Below are positions 28,326 to 39,441 of a stretch of DNA of 64,000 nucleotides, piece after piece; position 1 is the stretch's first letter, and each line of letters begins with the position of its first letter. The notes beneath the pieces are model-generated. The model was not told where the DNA came from. It was given only the letters and a program-made list of their open reading frames with translations, and searched no databases. The position numbers and the translations under genes were made by a program. The DNA lies in NCBI GenBank assembly GCA_977020255.1, contig CDROCS010000122.1:434001-498000 (forward strand), read 5' to 3'. Source of the stretch: Obrimoposthia wandeli. Taxonomy: Eukaryota.

Positions 28326-29546
28326 TTACAGGAATGACTTACCGTATTCCATGTCAGATGTACCGTAATACTCTGCAAGGCTTTGACCAATATCTGCAAA
28401 TGTTTCACGGCGACCTAAAGAACCAGCAGGAATCTTAGGACCCGTTACGATGACAGGAATGTGCTCACGCGTATGATCTGTACCTTCCCATGTAGGATCA
28501 CAACCATGATCCGCAGTCAGAATTAACACATCATCTTCTTGAAGAAGTTCAAGCACTTCTGGTAAGCGCTTATCAAAGTATTCAAGTGCTGCAGCATAAC
28601 CTGCAACATTACGACGGTGACCATAAGCTGAATCGAAATCTACAAAGTTAGTAAATACTAAGCTGTTATCACCCGCTTGTTTAATTTGCTCAAGCGTTGC
28701 TTCAAACAGAGCAGGAATACCATTCGCTTTCACTTTTTTCGTGATACCACAGCCTGCATAGATATCTGAAATTTTGCCGATAGAAATAACGTCGCCGCCT
28801 TTCTCATCCACTAATTTCTGCAGTACTGTTATTGCTGGTGGCTCAAGAGATAAATCACGACGGTTACCCGTACGTTCAAATTGCCCTTTACCTGGACCTG
28901 TAAATGGACGCGCAATCACACGACCAATGTTGTAGTCTTCCAGCTCTTCACGTGCTATTTGGCACAGTGTTAGCAAGTTATCTAAACCAAACGTCTCTTC
29001 ATGACATGCAATTTGGAATACCGAATCTGCAGAGGTATAGAAGATAGGCATGCCCGTCTTCATGTGTTCTTCACCCAATGCATCCAATACGTGTGTACCA
29101 GATGCATGGCAGTTACCTAGGAAGCCAGGTAAGTTCGCACGCTTTAGGATGCGATCTGTCAGCTCTTTCGGGAAGCTGTTGTCGTGATCAGAGAAGTAAC
29201 CCCAATCAAACAATACGGGTACGCCTGCAATTTCCCAGTGACCCGATGGGGTATCTTTGCCTGATGATAATTCTTTTGCGTGACCGTAAGCGCCAGTAAT
29301 TTCAACGCTTGGATCTAAGCCTTCAGGGAAGTAACCAGAAGATTCTTCACACGCTTTACCTAAACCCAATTTATTTAAGTTAGGTAGGTGAAGTGGTCCA
29401 CTACGATCACCGTTATCAGCTTCGCCACGTGCACATGCCTGAGCAATGTGACCCATAGTATTTGAACCTACGTCACCAAAGTCAACAGCATCTTCTGTTG
29501 CGCCGATACCGAAAGAATCGAGAACTAGGATAATTGAACGTTTCAT
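28326..29546 (-). CDS. deoB: Phosphopentomutase
   Basis: [25 protein letters not shown]. Confidence 0.97.
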   Translation of the reverse strand: MKRSIILVLDSFGIGATEDAVDFGDVGSNTMGHIAQACARGEADNGDRSGPLHLPNLNKLGLGKACEESSGYFPEGLDPSVEITGAYGHAKELSSGKDTPSGHWEIAGVPVLFDWGYFSDHDNSFPKELTDRILKRANLPGFLGNCHASGTHVLDALGEEHMKTGMPIFYTSADSVFQIACHEETFGLDNLLTLCQIAREELEDYNIGRVIARPFTGPGKGQFERTGNRRDLSLEPPAITVLQKLVDEKGGDVISIGKISDIYAGCGITKKVKANGIPALFEATLEQIKQAGDNSLVFTNFVDFDSAYGHRRNVAGYAAALEYFDKRLPEVLELLQEDDVLILTADHGCDPTWEGTDHTREHIPVIVTGPKIPAGSLGRRETFADIGQSLAEYYGTSDMEYGKSFL

Positions 29547-29556
29547 TTAAACTCCA

Positions 29557-30888
29557 TTAAATATCTTCAGCGCGAATACGACGGTAAACGTCAGGGGTTG
29601 GCGCAGGCTTTTCATCAGCAATAGTGATATTAGCACGTACAGCGTTTGCCGTTTCTTGCCACTGTGCTTCGCTACGAGCATGAATCACACATAACGCGGT
29701 ATCAGCATTCACTTCATCACCCAAACGGATCATGTCGCTTAAACCTACAGCGTAATCAATGGTATCACTCGCAACACGACGACCGCCGCCCATACCTACA
29801 ACTGCCATACCTAAACCACGGGTATCCATAGCGTAAGCATAACCTGTTGTTTCAGCAAATACTGGCTTAGCAATCTCTGCTTTCTCTAGGTAGTTGTCGT
29901 AGTTTTCCATGAAATCAACTGGACCACCTAAACCTGCAACCATTTTGCCGAAACATGTTGCTGCTTTACCGTTATCTAGAATCGCTTGTAACTGCTCACG
30001 TGCTTGCTCAATATCTGAGGCTAAGCCACTGTTTACAAGCATTTCAGCACACAATGCCATGGTCACTTCAAATAAGCGAGGGTTACGGTATTCACCGGTG
30101 AGGAATTGTACGGCTTCGCGCACTTCCAAAGCATTACCGGCAGTAGATGCCAATACTTGGTTCATGTCGGTCAACAATGCTGTCGTTTTGGTGCCAGCAC
30201 CATTTGCCACAGCCACGATCGATTTCGCCAAGTCTTCAGATGCTTCATAAGTTGGCATAAATGCGCCCGAACCTACTTTCACATCCATAACCAAAGAGCC
30301 TAAGCCCGCAGCCAGTTTTTTCGACAAGATAGAAGCGGTGATCAATGAAATATTATCAACCGTTGCTGTTACGTCACGAGTGGCGTACACACGCTTATCT
30401 GCTGGTGCAAGATCGCCTGTCTGGCCAATAATCGCTACACCTGCATCTTTGGTCACTTGACCGAATACGTCATTGGTAGGAGTGATATTGTAACCAGGAA
30501 TCGATTCTAATTTATCTAGCGTACCGCCAGTGTGTCCCAAGCCTCGGCCTGAAATCATTGGTACGAAACCACCACATGCTGCAACCATAGGGCCAAGCAT
30601 CAAAGATGTTACGTCACCCACACCACCGGTAGAGTGTTTGTCGACGATTGGGCCATCAAAGTTCATGTGGCTCCAGTCGATTACCATGCCAGAATCACGC
30701 ATTGCACAGGTCAATGCTACACGCTCATCCATGGTCATATCATTAAAGTAAATTGCCATTGCAAACGCAGCAATTTGACCTTCAGACACCGTCTCTTTTG
30801 CGATGCCTTGAATGAAGAAGTTAATTTCGTCAGCAGTTAATTCAACGTTATCACGTTTTTTTCTAATTATTTCTTGCGGTAAATACAT
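29557..30888 (-). CDS. deoA: Thymidine phosphorylase
   Basis: [27 protein letters not shown]; start refined to MYLPQE at 30888. Confidence 0.97.
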   Translation of the reverse strand: MYLPQEIIRKKRDNVELTADEINFFIQGIAKETVSEGQIAAFAMAIYFNDMTMDERVALTCAMRDSGMVIDWSHMNFDGPIVDKHSTGGVGDVTSLMLGPMVAACGGFVPMISGRGLGHTGGTLDKLESIPGYNITPTNDVFGQVTKDAGVAIIGQTGDLAPADKRVYATRDVTATVDNISLITASILSKKLAAGLGSLVMDVKVGSGAFMPTYEASEDLAKSIVAVANGAGTKTTALLTDMNQVLASTAGNALEVREAVQFLTGEYRNPRLFEVTMALCAEMLVNSGLASDIEQAREQLQAILDNGKAATCFGKMVAGLGGPVDFMENYDNYLEKAEIAKPVFAETTGYAYAMDTRGLGMAVVGMGGGRRVASDTIDYAVGLSDMIRLGDEVNADTALCVIHARSEAQWQETANAVRANITIADEKPAPTPDVYRRIRAEDI

Positions 30889-31054
30889 GGTATTCCCCAA
30901 TCAAAAGTTGGTCGTAGGATAGATAACTATTCGATTATTTTTAAATGAGAAATATCAGTTATTCCCCATAATTCGCCGGCATTAAGGCGCAGCGATCCAC
31001 ACAAGTATTGTGTTGTTTTAACAGAAACAATGAATAGTCACAGGTAGTTCTAAG

Positions 31055-31079
31055 ATAAGGTGGCATTACGCCACCTTAT
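31055..31079 (-). terminator. Hairpin after deoC
   Basis: ATAAGGTGGC-ATTAC-GCCACCTTAT. Confidence 0.6.
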
Positions 31080-31089
31080 TTATTCAGAC

Positions 31090-31863
31090 TTAGTAGCCGC
31101 CTTGAGCCGCTTCTTCGCCTTCACCTAAAGTGTGCAATAAGTTTGCAAGTAGGCTTGATGCACCAAAACGGTAGTGCATGTTGTCTGCCCAGTCACCGCC
31201 AAGAATGCGGTCTGCCATAGCAAGGAATGCTTGAGCATCTTCTGCAGTACGAACGCCACCAGCAGGTTTGAAACCGACTGTTTTAGCAACATCCATATCT
31301 TTAATTACTGTCAGCATAATTTCTGCTGCTTCTGGTGTTGCGTTAACAGGTACTTTACCCGTCGATGTTTTAATGAAATCTGCACCGGCTTTAATCGAAA
31401 GCTCAGACGCTTGCTTGATTAACGCTTCAGTTTTAAGCTCACCCGTTTCGATGATAACTTTAAGCAGAGTATCTCCACATGCCGCTTTACATTGCTTAAC
31501 TAGCTCAAAACCAACTTCTGCATTTCCAGCAATCAATGCACGGTATGGGAATACAACGTCAACTTCATCTGCGCCGTATGCAATAGCTGCTTTTGTTTCA
31601 GCAACGGCGATATCGATATCGTCGTTACCGTGTGGAAAGTTAGTAACCGTTGCAATACGCACTTCTGGTGTACCTTGTTCACGCAACTGCTTCTTCGCAA
31701 CAGGAACGAAACGAGGGTAAATACATACTGCTGCTGTGTTGCCTACCGCTGTTTTAGCATTCTTACAAAGCGCGATCACTTTTTCGTCAGTGTCGTCATC
31801 GTTCAGAGTTGTAAGATCCATTAATTTTAATGCACGTAATGCAGCAGCTTTTAAATCGCTCAT
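31090..31863 (-). CDS. deoC: Deoxyribose-phosphate aldolase
   Basis: [35 protein letters not shown]. Confidence 0.97.
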   Translation of the reverse strand: MSDLKAAALRALKLMDLTTLNDDDTDEKVIALCKNAKTAVGNTAAVCIYPRFVPVAKKQLREQGTPEVRIATVTNFPHGNDDIDIAVAETKAAIAYGADEVDVVFPYRALIAGNAEVGFELVKQCKAACGDTLLKVIIETGELKTEALIKQASELSIKAGADFIKTSTGKVPVNATPEAAEIMLTVIKDMDVAKTVGFKPAGGVRTAEDAQAFLAMADRILGGDWADNMHYRFGASSLLANLLHTLGEGEEAAQGGY

Positions 31864-32571
31864 GACTATCTCCAGTCCAGTTATTTTCTACCAAGCTTAT
31901 AGAAACTGTTCCATACGCTTAACGATACGTCTTTTCATACCGCCAAACGGCCCGCTGACAGCGAACAGTTAGATAAGCGGACTTGATTCCTTGAAGACTC
32001 AAGTAAACAACGCGAGATCGTTTTACTTGATTGCTATCCTTTTCACCGCGCGAGACGTTATGTTTTTGTCATCTGTAATACTTTTCATCAGTAATACAAA
32101 GACAAATAAACAAACGCCTTGCAAGTTCGTGTTGTTCAGCAAAACCGTGACAGTACTTCCATCATGGTTAGGTAACACTGAAACAACAGGTGCCTTTTTA
32201 TGATGGTGCGCCCTAATAATACCAAGGTCCGATGCACGTCACCATAAAAGTCGTGTTTCCACACGTGGACAATGTGTTTACCTTGGGAACTAACCCTAAG
32301 TAATTAATAAATAATAGTTAAGTTTATTAAGCCACAATGATCGCCACTAAAACATGACTCATTAATTCACCACTTATGAATAAACTACCCTACCGATAGT
32401 GTATTCATGAGTGTAGACCGTCGTGATAAAAGTATTATCTGAATCAATATGCAAGATGCTATCAAAAGAATAGAGCAGAAAACGGAGCGCAATCGATTTT
32501 ATGAAGGAAAGAAATAAGGTGACCGTAGTTTTTACTAAATCTGTTGATCATTAAGATGAACTGGAAACAAT

Positions 32572-32623
32572 GAATGAACAGAGACTTATTTAGGCTGGTA
32601 TAAAACCAGACTGGATAAGTAAA
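32572..32623. repeat. Right end of one repeat element followed directly by the left end of another
   Basis: GAATGAACAGAGACTTATTTAGGCTGGTAT matches the right end at 23/30, then AACCAGACTGGATAAGTAAA matches the left end at 17/20. Confidence 0.55.
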
Positions 32624-32630
32624 CGGGCAT

Positions 32631-32663
32631 AAAAAAACGCCACAGCAAGCTGTGGCGTTTTTG
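32631..32663 (-). terminator. Terminator after nupC
   Basis: AAAAACGCCACAGC-AA-GCTGTGGCGTTTTT. Confidence 0.85.
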
Positions 32664-32682
32664 TGCTGACAGAGTCAGAATA

Positions 32683-33936
32683 TTAAATTGCGCTTAGCGA
32701 GAAGAACAAACCAGCGATAGTTGCAGACATTAGGTTAGATAATGTACCTGCAGCTACTGCACGCATACCGAAACGAGCGATATCGTGACGACGGTTTGGA
32801 GCAATACTACCAAGACCACCCAGTAGGATTGCTACTGAAGATAAGTTAGCAAAACCACATAGTGCAAAAGAAATGATTACTTTCGTTTTCTCAGCAAGGA
32901 TAACTGGAGCCGCATCGCCTAGGTACGGAACGTAACCTAAGTAAGCAACAAATTCATTCAGGATCAATTTCTGACCAATGAAAGAACCAGCAATGTTTGC
33001 ATCTTCCCACGGCACACCGATTAGGAATGCTAGAGGTTGGAATACATAACCAAGAATAAGTTCTAGTGTTAGTTCAGGCATACCGAACCAACCACCAACG
33101 CCACCAAGCATACCGTTAACTAATGCAATTAGACCAACGAAAGCCAATAGCATTGCGCCAACGTTTAGTGCTAGTTGCATACCAGAAGACGCACCACCAG
33201 CTGCCGCATCAATTACGTTAGCAGGCTTATCGTCAGCAGCTTCAGCATCAGATGCTAGTTGCTCGATTGGCTCTTCAGTTTCAGGCTTGATGATTTTAGC
33301 GAACAGTAGACCACCAGGGGCTGCCATGAAAGATGCAGCGATCAAGTATTCTAGAGGAACACCCATTGCAGCATAACCAGCAAGAACACCACCAGCAACA
33401 GATGCTAGACCACCACACATTACTGCAAACAACTCAGATTGCGTCATCTTTGGTACAAACGGACGCACAACAAGTGGCGCTTCTGTTTGACCAACAAAAA
33501 TGTTCGCCGTTGCAGACATTGATTCCGCGTTTGATGTACCTAGTACTTTTCTTAGCCCACCACCAAGAACATTGATTACCACTTGCATAACACCCAAGTA
33601 GTAAAGAACGCTGATTAGTGCAGAGAAGAAAATGATTGTTGGTAGCACTTTAAATGCGAAGATAAAACCAATACCTTCAACAGAAAAGTTAACTAGGTTA
33701 CCGAATAAGAATTCGATACCTGTGTTACCGTAATCAATAACGCTCTGAACACCGCCACTCGCGGCACCTAGAACGTCCTTACCCCAAGGCACATAAAGAA
33801 CAAATGCACCTAAAATAAATTGAATGGCAAATGCGCCACCAACAGTACGTAAATTAATAGCTTTACGGTTATCAGATAATAGAACTGCTAGACCTAGCAA
33901 TACTACCATCCCAACCAGGCTCATAAACATGCTCAT
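32683..33936 (-). CDS. nupC: CNT-family nucleoside transporter (NupC-like)
   Basis: [35 protein letters not shown]. Confidence 0.92.
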   Translation of the reverse strand: MSMFMSLVGMVVLLGLAVLLSDNRKAINLRTVGGAFAIQFILGAFVLYVPWGKDVLGAASGGVQSVIDYGNTGIEFLFGNLVNFSVEGIGFIFAFKVLPTIIFFSALISVLYYLGVMQVVINVLGGGLRKVLGTSNAESMSATANIFVGQTEAPLVVRPFVPKMTQSELFAVMCGGLASVAGGVLAGYAAMGVPLEYLIAASFMAAPGGLLFAKIIKPETEEPIEQLASDAEAADDKPANVIDAAAGGASSGMQLALNVGAMLLAFVGLIALVNGMLGGVGGWFGMPELTLELILGYVFQPLAFLIGVPWEDANIAGSFIGQKLILNEFVAYLGYVPYLGDAAPVILAEKTKVIISFALCGFANLSSVAILLGGLGSIAPNRRHDIARFGMRAVAAGTLSNLMSATIAGLFFSLSAI

Positions 33937-34004
33937 AGTTTATGGCATCCCTTTATAGTTAAGTTTGGCGTCTCGACAATTTGGCTCATTAAGAGTCCGG
34001 CAGC

Positions 34005-34161
34005 ATTATACTCATCCGGGTAACGATAAAGTAATGCGGACATCACACTTTCTAAGGAAAGGAGATGTAAGTTTAGCGGCAATTGTGACGGCAATCACAC
34101 TAAGCTCGTTCGTTCACGCAAACGTTTCGCGCAAACGTTTCGATCTGAGAGTGATATCACA
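34005..34161 (-). promoter_or_regulatory. nupC promoter: -10, tandem CRP sites 52 bp apart (CytR-type), tandem PurR-like boxes and a third CRP site
   Basis: Minus-strand TATAAT at 34005-34010; TAATG-N6-TCACA at 34032-34047; perfect TGTGA-N6-TCACA at 34084-34099; ACGCAAACGTTTCGCGCAAACGTTTCG at 34116-34142; TGAGA-N6-TCACA at 34146-34161. Confidence 0.7.
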
Positions 34162-34951
34162 ATGAAATACAAAATAATTCAGCGGTAGTTAAGGTTGTCA
34201 CCTCTTCTATCACCAGTTCAGATTCCATTCTAATACTCGCTAAAGTTCGCAATATATTACATATCCTATCAGGGCGATTAGGCTCACCTTGGAACCCTGA
34301 TATCGGCATATCTGGTGCATCGGTCTCTAATATGAGTTCTACCAACGGTAGAGATGCTATTGTATGGCGAGTTTTACTCGCACGGCTATATGTAATCGTT
34401 CCACCAACGCCAATTTTGATACCTAGATCAATAAGTTGCTTTGCTTGTTGGTAGCTACCACTAAATGCATGATAAACACCACCCGCAATGGGTGAATTTC
34501 GTCTCAAAACTGCCATTAATTCAGGAAAAGCTTTGCGGCAATGTAAAATAACGGGTAAATCAAACTGATTGGCTAACGTTATCTGCTCACTAAGCAATTC
34601 TATTTGTTGTTCTTTATCTGCATTAACAATGGCAAAGTCTAGTCCACATTCCCCGATAGCAACGCATTTTTTTCGATAAGCCTCTGAATATTGAGACACT
34701 TTTTGGAGCCATTCTTTCAGTAACGGTAAAGCGTGCTCTGAATGTTCATGGCCAAAGAAAGGGTGTAAACCCAGAGCATAATACAACTCATCAAATTGGC
34801 GACCTAACTGCTCAACTACATGCCAATTCCTCTCCCCTACTGAAGGGATAATAATACGCTTAACCCCCGCATTTTTTGCCAATGTTAAGTAATGTTCTGG
34901 GGCATCGATAAAAGGTGCAAAATCAAAGTGACAATGGCTATCAATCAACAT
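34157..34951 (-). CDS. yjjV: TatD-family hydrolase (YjjV orthologue by synteny)
   Basis: MLIDSHCHFD start at 34951, AIGECGLD, LETDAPD. Confidence 0.88.
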   Translation of the reverse strand: MLIDSHCHFDFAPFIDAPEHYLTLAKNAGVKRIIIPSVGERNWHVVEQLGRQFDELYYALGLHPFFGHEHSEHALPLLKEWLQKVSQYSEAYRKKCVAIGECGLDFAIVNADKEQQIELLSEQITLANQFDLPVILHCRKAFPELMAVLRRNSPIAGGVYHAFSGSYQQAKQLIDLGIKIGVGGTITYSRASKTRHTIASLPLVELILETDAPDMPISGFQGEPNRPDRICNILRTLASIRMESELVIEEVTTLTTAELFCISL

Positions 34952-34967
34952 AAAAACGCTTTTTATC

Positions 34968-35150
34968 CTATAAATCAGAGGTCTTACCGTACTTTTTCTG
35001 TTGAAAATGTGCGGTACGATGTTTAGGGTGTCGCTCGTCATCTTCATCGTAACGAATAGGCGCACAGCAGCGCCTATTTTCAGGCGTCAAGCCCATACGT
35101 TCGCACCACTGATCATACTGAGCGATATATTTTTTCAACCATTCCAGCAT
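34968..35150 (-). CDS. Small Cys-containing protein, DUF5363-like
   Basis: MLEWLKKYIAQYDQWCERMGLTPENRRCC, a pattern I recognise from a Vibrionaceae/Shewanella small-protein family; purine-rich RBS; fits between glgX and yjjV. Confidence 0.65.
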   Translation of the reverse strand: MLEWLKKYIAQYDQWCERMGLTPENRRCCAPIRYDEDDERHPKHRTAHFQQKKYGKTSDL

Positions 35151-35180
35151 CTTCACTTTCTCTTCTTTACTCTAGTATAT

Positions 35181-37301
35181 TCATTTTTTAGCAACCATCA
35201 CCACCATGCTTCGCCCTAAGACCAAAATGCTCTCTTGGTCATAACAGGGGGCATCGTCGATATCAAAAATGTCTAATGGGCTTGCTTGCCCCGTGTTTAT
35301 CAATAAATGCCAATCGCTGTGCTCGCGATTCGGCAGAGTAAACTCAAGCGGATCCCAATACGCATTACAAATGACGTATAACTCATCTTTGGTTAAAGGG
35401 TGGTTCACCGTAAGTGCTAACGTATGTGAATGCTCCGACCAATCGGGTTGATTGGGTTGTACACCATGCCAGTTAATATCAACGTTTTCGATAACCGAGC
35501 TTAATGACATATGCATGTTCCAATCAATAGTGGGTTCCGAACGCCTTATTTGGCTTAGCTGTTTCACGAAACGATGAAGATCTGCATGCTGCTCAACGAG
35601 TTGCCAATCAAACCAACTTAACTCATTATCTTGGCAGTAAGCATTATTGTTACCTTGCTGAGTACGACGAACTTCATCTCCCATATTGATCATCGGTGTG
35701 CCTAAAGACAAAAATAACGTTGTCAGCATGTTTTTACATTGTCGATTCCTGATCGCATCAATTTCAGTAATCTGCGTCGGTCCTTCAACCCCGTAATTAC
35801 AAGATATATTGTGGTTATCGCCATCACGGTTATCTTCCCCGTTGGCATAATTGTGCTTTTGGTTGTAACTCACCAGATCATTTAACGTGAAGCCATCATG
35901 GGCACAGATAAAGTTCACTGAACGATGGGGCGAGTGATGGTGGCTACAATAAATATCAGGCGAGCCTAAAATACGGGAGGCGAATGTTTCTACACTGCCA
36001 CTATCGCCACGCCAAAATGCGCGTATATCATCGCGGTATTTACCATTCCATTCATTCCAGCGATCACCAATAAATGACCCAACTTGGTACAAGCCTGCTG
36101 CATCCCAAGCTTCAGCGATGATCTTGGTACCACTCAAAATCGGATCGGAATCTATCGACCATAATAATGGCGGCTCTTTCATCGGGTGACCTTGGCTATC
36201 ACGTGCCAGCACCGATGCTAAGTCAAAACGAAAGCCATCAACCCGCATTTCAGTTACCCAAAAATGCAATGCATCAATAATCATTCGGCGTAAAACACTG
36301 TGATTAGCGTTACAGGTATTGCCACAACCACTGTAGTTAGCAAACTTGCCAGTATCACCCTCAGTCAAATAATACGCTTTACTCTGCAACCCTTTAAAAC
36401 AAAATGTTGGGCCGTTTTCATCCCCTTCAGCCGTGTGATTAAACACTACATCCAAAATCACTTCGATATCCGCTTTATGCAACTCGCGCACTAGCATTTT
36501 GAATTCATCAATCGCGGCAATGGGATTCTGCTCAACACTGTATTGCGCATGCACCGAAAAAAAGTTTATAGGGCTATAGCCCCAATAGTTCTGCCGCCCT
36601 TCAGGTGCATCATGGATATCAAACTGCTGTACGGGCATTAACTCTACGGCAGTGATACCTAACTCTTTAAGGTACGGTATTTTTTCAATAATGCCTGAAA
36701 ATGTGCCTCGCTTTGCGTCGGCAACGCCAGAAGATGGATGCTTGGTAAAACCAGCCACATGCATTTCATAAATAACGGTATCAGTCAGAGAATAACCGGG
36801 AGCACGTGATTCTTGCCAATCAAAGTGACGATGATCAACCACGATGCTTTTCATACAAGCATCCATGTTTGAGCCCGGATCGATCGCTCGCTGGCGGCTG
36901 TAATTTTCACTAAAGCAAACCGCGTGACTGTAAGGATCGATTAGCACTTTGTCTTTATCAAATCGCAGCCCTTTATCAGGTTGCCAAGGGCCATTAACTT
37001 GAAAAGCATAAACCTGACCATGACCAATATTGCCGACAAACATGAACCAATAATGGCCACGTTTATGAAGAATAGGGTCGAGTTCGAAGGAAATGAAAGG
37101 CGCGTCAGCGTGCTGATGGTTGAACAGATGAAGAGTGACTTTCGTGGCATCTTTTGAATAGAGACTAAAGTTAACGCCGTCGTCTTTGACTGTCGACCCT
37201 AGAGGTGATGCTTCACCAATCCATGTGAAAATATCTCGGGTTGCTACATTAGTATTTGTAACACGACTCTTTTGCTCACCCGCGGGTACTACATTATCCA
37301 T
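35181..37301 (-). CDS. glgX: Glycogen debranching enzyme / isoamylase
   Basis: NYWGYSP, DVVFNHTAEG, DGFRFDLAS, AEAWD and HDGFTL catalytic motifs; RBS AAGGAG. Confidence 0.93.
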   Translation of the reverse strand: MDNVVPAGEQKSRVTNTNVATRDIFTWIGEASPLGSTVKDDGVNFSLYSKDATKVTLHLFNHQHADAPFISFELDPILHKRGHYWFMFVGNIGHGQVYAFQVNGPWQPDKGLRFDKDKVLIDPYSHAVCFSENYSRQRAIDPGSNMDACMKSIVVDHRHFDWQESRAPGYSLTDTVIYEMHVAGFTKHPSSGVADAKRGTFSGIIEKIPYLKELGITAVELMPVQQFDIHDAPEGRQNYWGYSPINFFSVHAQYSVEQNPIAAIDEFKMLVRELHKADIEVILDVVFNHTAEGDENGPTFCFKGLQSKAYYLTEGDTGKFANYSGCGNTCNANHSVLRRMIIDALHFWVTEMRVDGFRFDLASVLARDSQGHPMKEPPLLWSIDSDPILSGTKIIAEAWDAAGLYQVGSFIGDRWNEWNGKYRDDIRAFWRGDSGSVETFASRILGSPDIYCSHHHSPHRSVNFICAHDGFTLNDLVSYNQKHNYANGEDNRDGDNHNISCNYGVEGPTQITEIDAIRNRQCKNMLTTLFLSLGTPMINMGDEVRRTQQGNNNAYCQDNELSWFDWQLVEQHADLHRFVKQLSQIRRSEPTIDWNMHMSLSSVIENVDINWHGVQPNQPDWSEHSHTLALTVNHPLTKDELYVICNAYWDPLEFTLPNREHSDWHLLINTGQASPLDIFDIDDAPCYDQESILVLGRSMVVMVAKK

Positions 37302-37339
37302 TGTTTAGCTCCTTGTCGCCCATATGCACAAAAGGAGTA

Positions 37340-37385
37340 TACACCCAAGCGACCTAAAGATGCAGGATTCAGAGTGATCTCAGGT
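37340..37385 (+). repeat. ERIC-like left-end fragment abutting the 162-bp element
   Basis: TACACCCAAGCGACCTAAAGATGCAGGATTCAGAG resembles the left end of ERIC-type Vibrionaceae repeats (recalled, not searched). Confidence 0.4.
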
Positions 37386-37386
37386 T

Positions 37387-37548
37387 ATACCATTCTGGAT
37401 AAGTAAATGGTCAGATAATTGCGCAGGAAAAATTGATAATAACAAGGCAGAAATTGAAGTAACTAGTTATTCTAATTATAAAATTTCTAACGTAGTTATA
37501 AGCAATTTAAACCAGCAAGGATGATCAGATACTTGTCTAGATTGGTAT
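37387..37548. mobile_element. Full-length ~162-bp non-autonomous inverted-repeat (MITE-like) element
   Basis: Imperfect 27-bp terminal inverted repeats ATACCA...TGGTAT; central AACTAGTT palindrome; further copies elsewhere in the window. Confidence 0.7.
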
Positions 37549-37580
37549 TATTGGTTGATATCAGGACATAAAGCACAAAA

Positions 37581-37606
37581 AAAGCCGTCACAAATGTGAC
37601 GGCTTT
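37581..37606 (-). terminator. Terminator after prfC
   Basis: AAAGCCGTCACA-AA-TGTGACGGCTTT. Confidence 0.8.
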
Positions 37607-37641
37607 CTGAACATGTTACTCGTAGGTGACTCTAATTGTGA

Positions 37642-39222
37642 TTAGTGTTCGCGAGTGGCATGGAATTCAACAGCAGGGAAACGTTCTTTCGCCAAATTCA
37701 AATTAACCATGGTTGGTGCAACATATGCTAAGTTGTCACCGCCATCGAGAGCAAGGTTCTGCTGGTTTTTACGCTTGAATTCTTCTAATATTTTCACATC
37801 ATCACATTCAACCCAACGTGCTGTCGCGACATTAATACCTTCGTAGATTGCTTCTACGTTGTATTCTGCTTTTAAGCGTGCCACAACCACATCAAACTGA
37901 AGCACACCCACCGCACCAACAATCAAATCATTGTTTTGTAACGGACGGAATACCTGTACAGCACCTTCTTCAGATAGCTGTACCAAACCTTTAAGCAACT
38001 GCTTCTGTCGCAATGGATCTTTTAGGCGAATACGACGGAACAGTTCAGGTGCAAAGTTTGGAATACCAGCAAACTTAAGGTTCTCACCTTGGGTGAACGT
38101 ATCACCAATCTGAATCGTACCGTGATTATGCACACCGATTATGTCGCCCGCATACGCTTTTTCAGCTCGAGTACGGTCACCCGCCATAAAGGTTACCGCA
38201 TCAGAAATGCTGACGTTTTTACCAGTACGGACATGGTTCATCTTCATGCCTTGGTTATAAGTACCTGACACGATACGCATAAAGGCGATACGGTCACGGT
38301 GCTTAGGATCCATGTTGGCTTGAATTTTAAAAACGAAACCCGTGAATTTCTCTTCGATGGCTTCTACATCACGCTCATTCGCTTTACGTGTTTGTGGCGC
38401 TGGCGCCCACTGCGTTAAGCCTTCAAGCATGTGGTCAACACCAAAGTTACCCAATGCCGTACCAAAGAATACAGGTGTTAATTCACCTTTCAGGAACAAT
38501 TCAAGATCAAATTCGTGCGCAGCACCAATAACCAGTTCAAGTTCTTCACGCACGCTTGCAGCCAGTGCTTCACCAACGGCGACATCTAACTCAGGGTTGT
38601 CTAACCCTTTAATTATGCGTACTTCTTGAATCTCGTGGCCGTGGCCTGATTCATACAAAATCGTTTCATCACGGTGAATGTGGTAAACACCTTTAAATTC
38701 TTTACCACACCCAATCGGCCATGAAATTGGCGCACAAGCCATATTTAGCTCAGTTTCAACTTCATCTAATACTTCCATTGGATCACGTACTTCACGGTCC
38801 ATTTTGTTCATGAAAGTAACGATTGGCGTATCACGTAAACGGGTTACTTCCATTAACTTACGCGTGCGATCTTCGACACCTTTAGCGGCATCGATAACCA
38901 TTAGACATGAGTCAACAGCCGTTAATGTGCGGTACGTATCTTCCGAGAAATCTTCGTGTCCAGGAGTATCAAGAAGGTTCACGAGGCAATCATTGAATGG
39001 GAACTGCATCACAGAAGTCGTTACTGAGATACCACGTTCTTTTTCCATTTCCATCCAGTCTGATTTCGCGTGTTGGTTAGACCCACGACCTTTTACGGTA
39101 CCCGCTTTTTGAATAGCGTTTCCGAATAACAATACTTTTTCAGTAATGGTGGTTTTACCCGCATCGGGGTGAGAAATGATGGCAAACGTTCTACGTTTAC
39201 CCACTTCTTGTAAAAAAGACAT
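37642..39222 (-). CDS. prfC: Peptide chain release factor 3
   Basis: [28 protein letters not shown]; start refined to ATG 39222. Confidence 0.97.
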   Translation of the reverse strand: MSFLQEVGKRRTFAIISHPDAGKTTITEKVLLFGNAIQKAGTVKGRGSNQHAKSDWMEMEKERGISVTTSVMQFPFNDCLVNLLDTPGHEDFSEDTYRTLTAVDSCLMVIDAAKGVEDRTRKLMEVTRLRDTPIVTFMNKMDREVRDPMEVLDEVETELNMACAPISWPIGCGKEFKGVYHIHRDETILYESGHGHEIQEVRIIKGLDNPELDVAVGEALAASVREELELVIGAAHEFDLELFLKGELTPVFFGTALGNFGVDHMLEGLTQWAPAPQTRKANERDVEAIEEKFTGFVFKIQANMDPKHRDRIAFMRIVSGTYNQGMKMNHVRTGKNVSISDAVTFMAGDRTRAEKAYAGDIIGVHNHGTIQIGDTFTQGENLKFAGIPNFAPELFRRIRLKDPLRQKQLLKGLVQLSEEGAVQVFRPLQNNDLIVGAVGVLQFDVVVARLKAEYNVEAIYEGINVATARWVECDDVKILEEFKRKNQQNLALDGGDNLAYVAPTMVNLNLAKERFPAVEFHATREH

Positions 39223-39441
39223 AAGTGTTGATAATCCTGTGAGAGATTCCAATAGGGGCTGACCCTAGAAAAGTGCCATCGCCTGCGTTGGCAGGGAACT
39301 GCGAAAATTGTGTTATAGCAACAAATTACATGTCGACCTCAATCGTACGCAGGAAATAGATGAAACTCAGGAGCCTAATAATGGCGGAATTATACGCAAA
39401 TCCCACGAAAAGAAACAGAGATAACAAGGGAGATATAGAGG

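Noticed and set aside
31991-32203. 70-aa plus-strand ORF
   Set aside because: TTG start, no RBS or motif, antisense to the deo operon direction.
31864-32340. CsrB-like sRNA
   Set aside because: About eight GGA on the minus strand, near chance expectation, and not in repeated hairpin loops.
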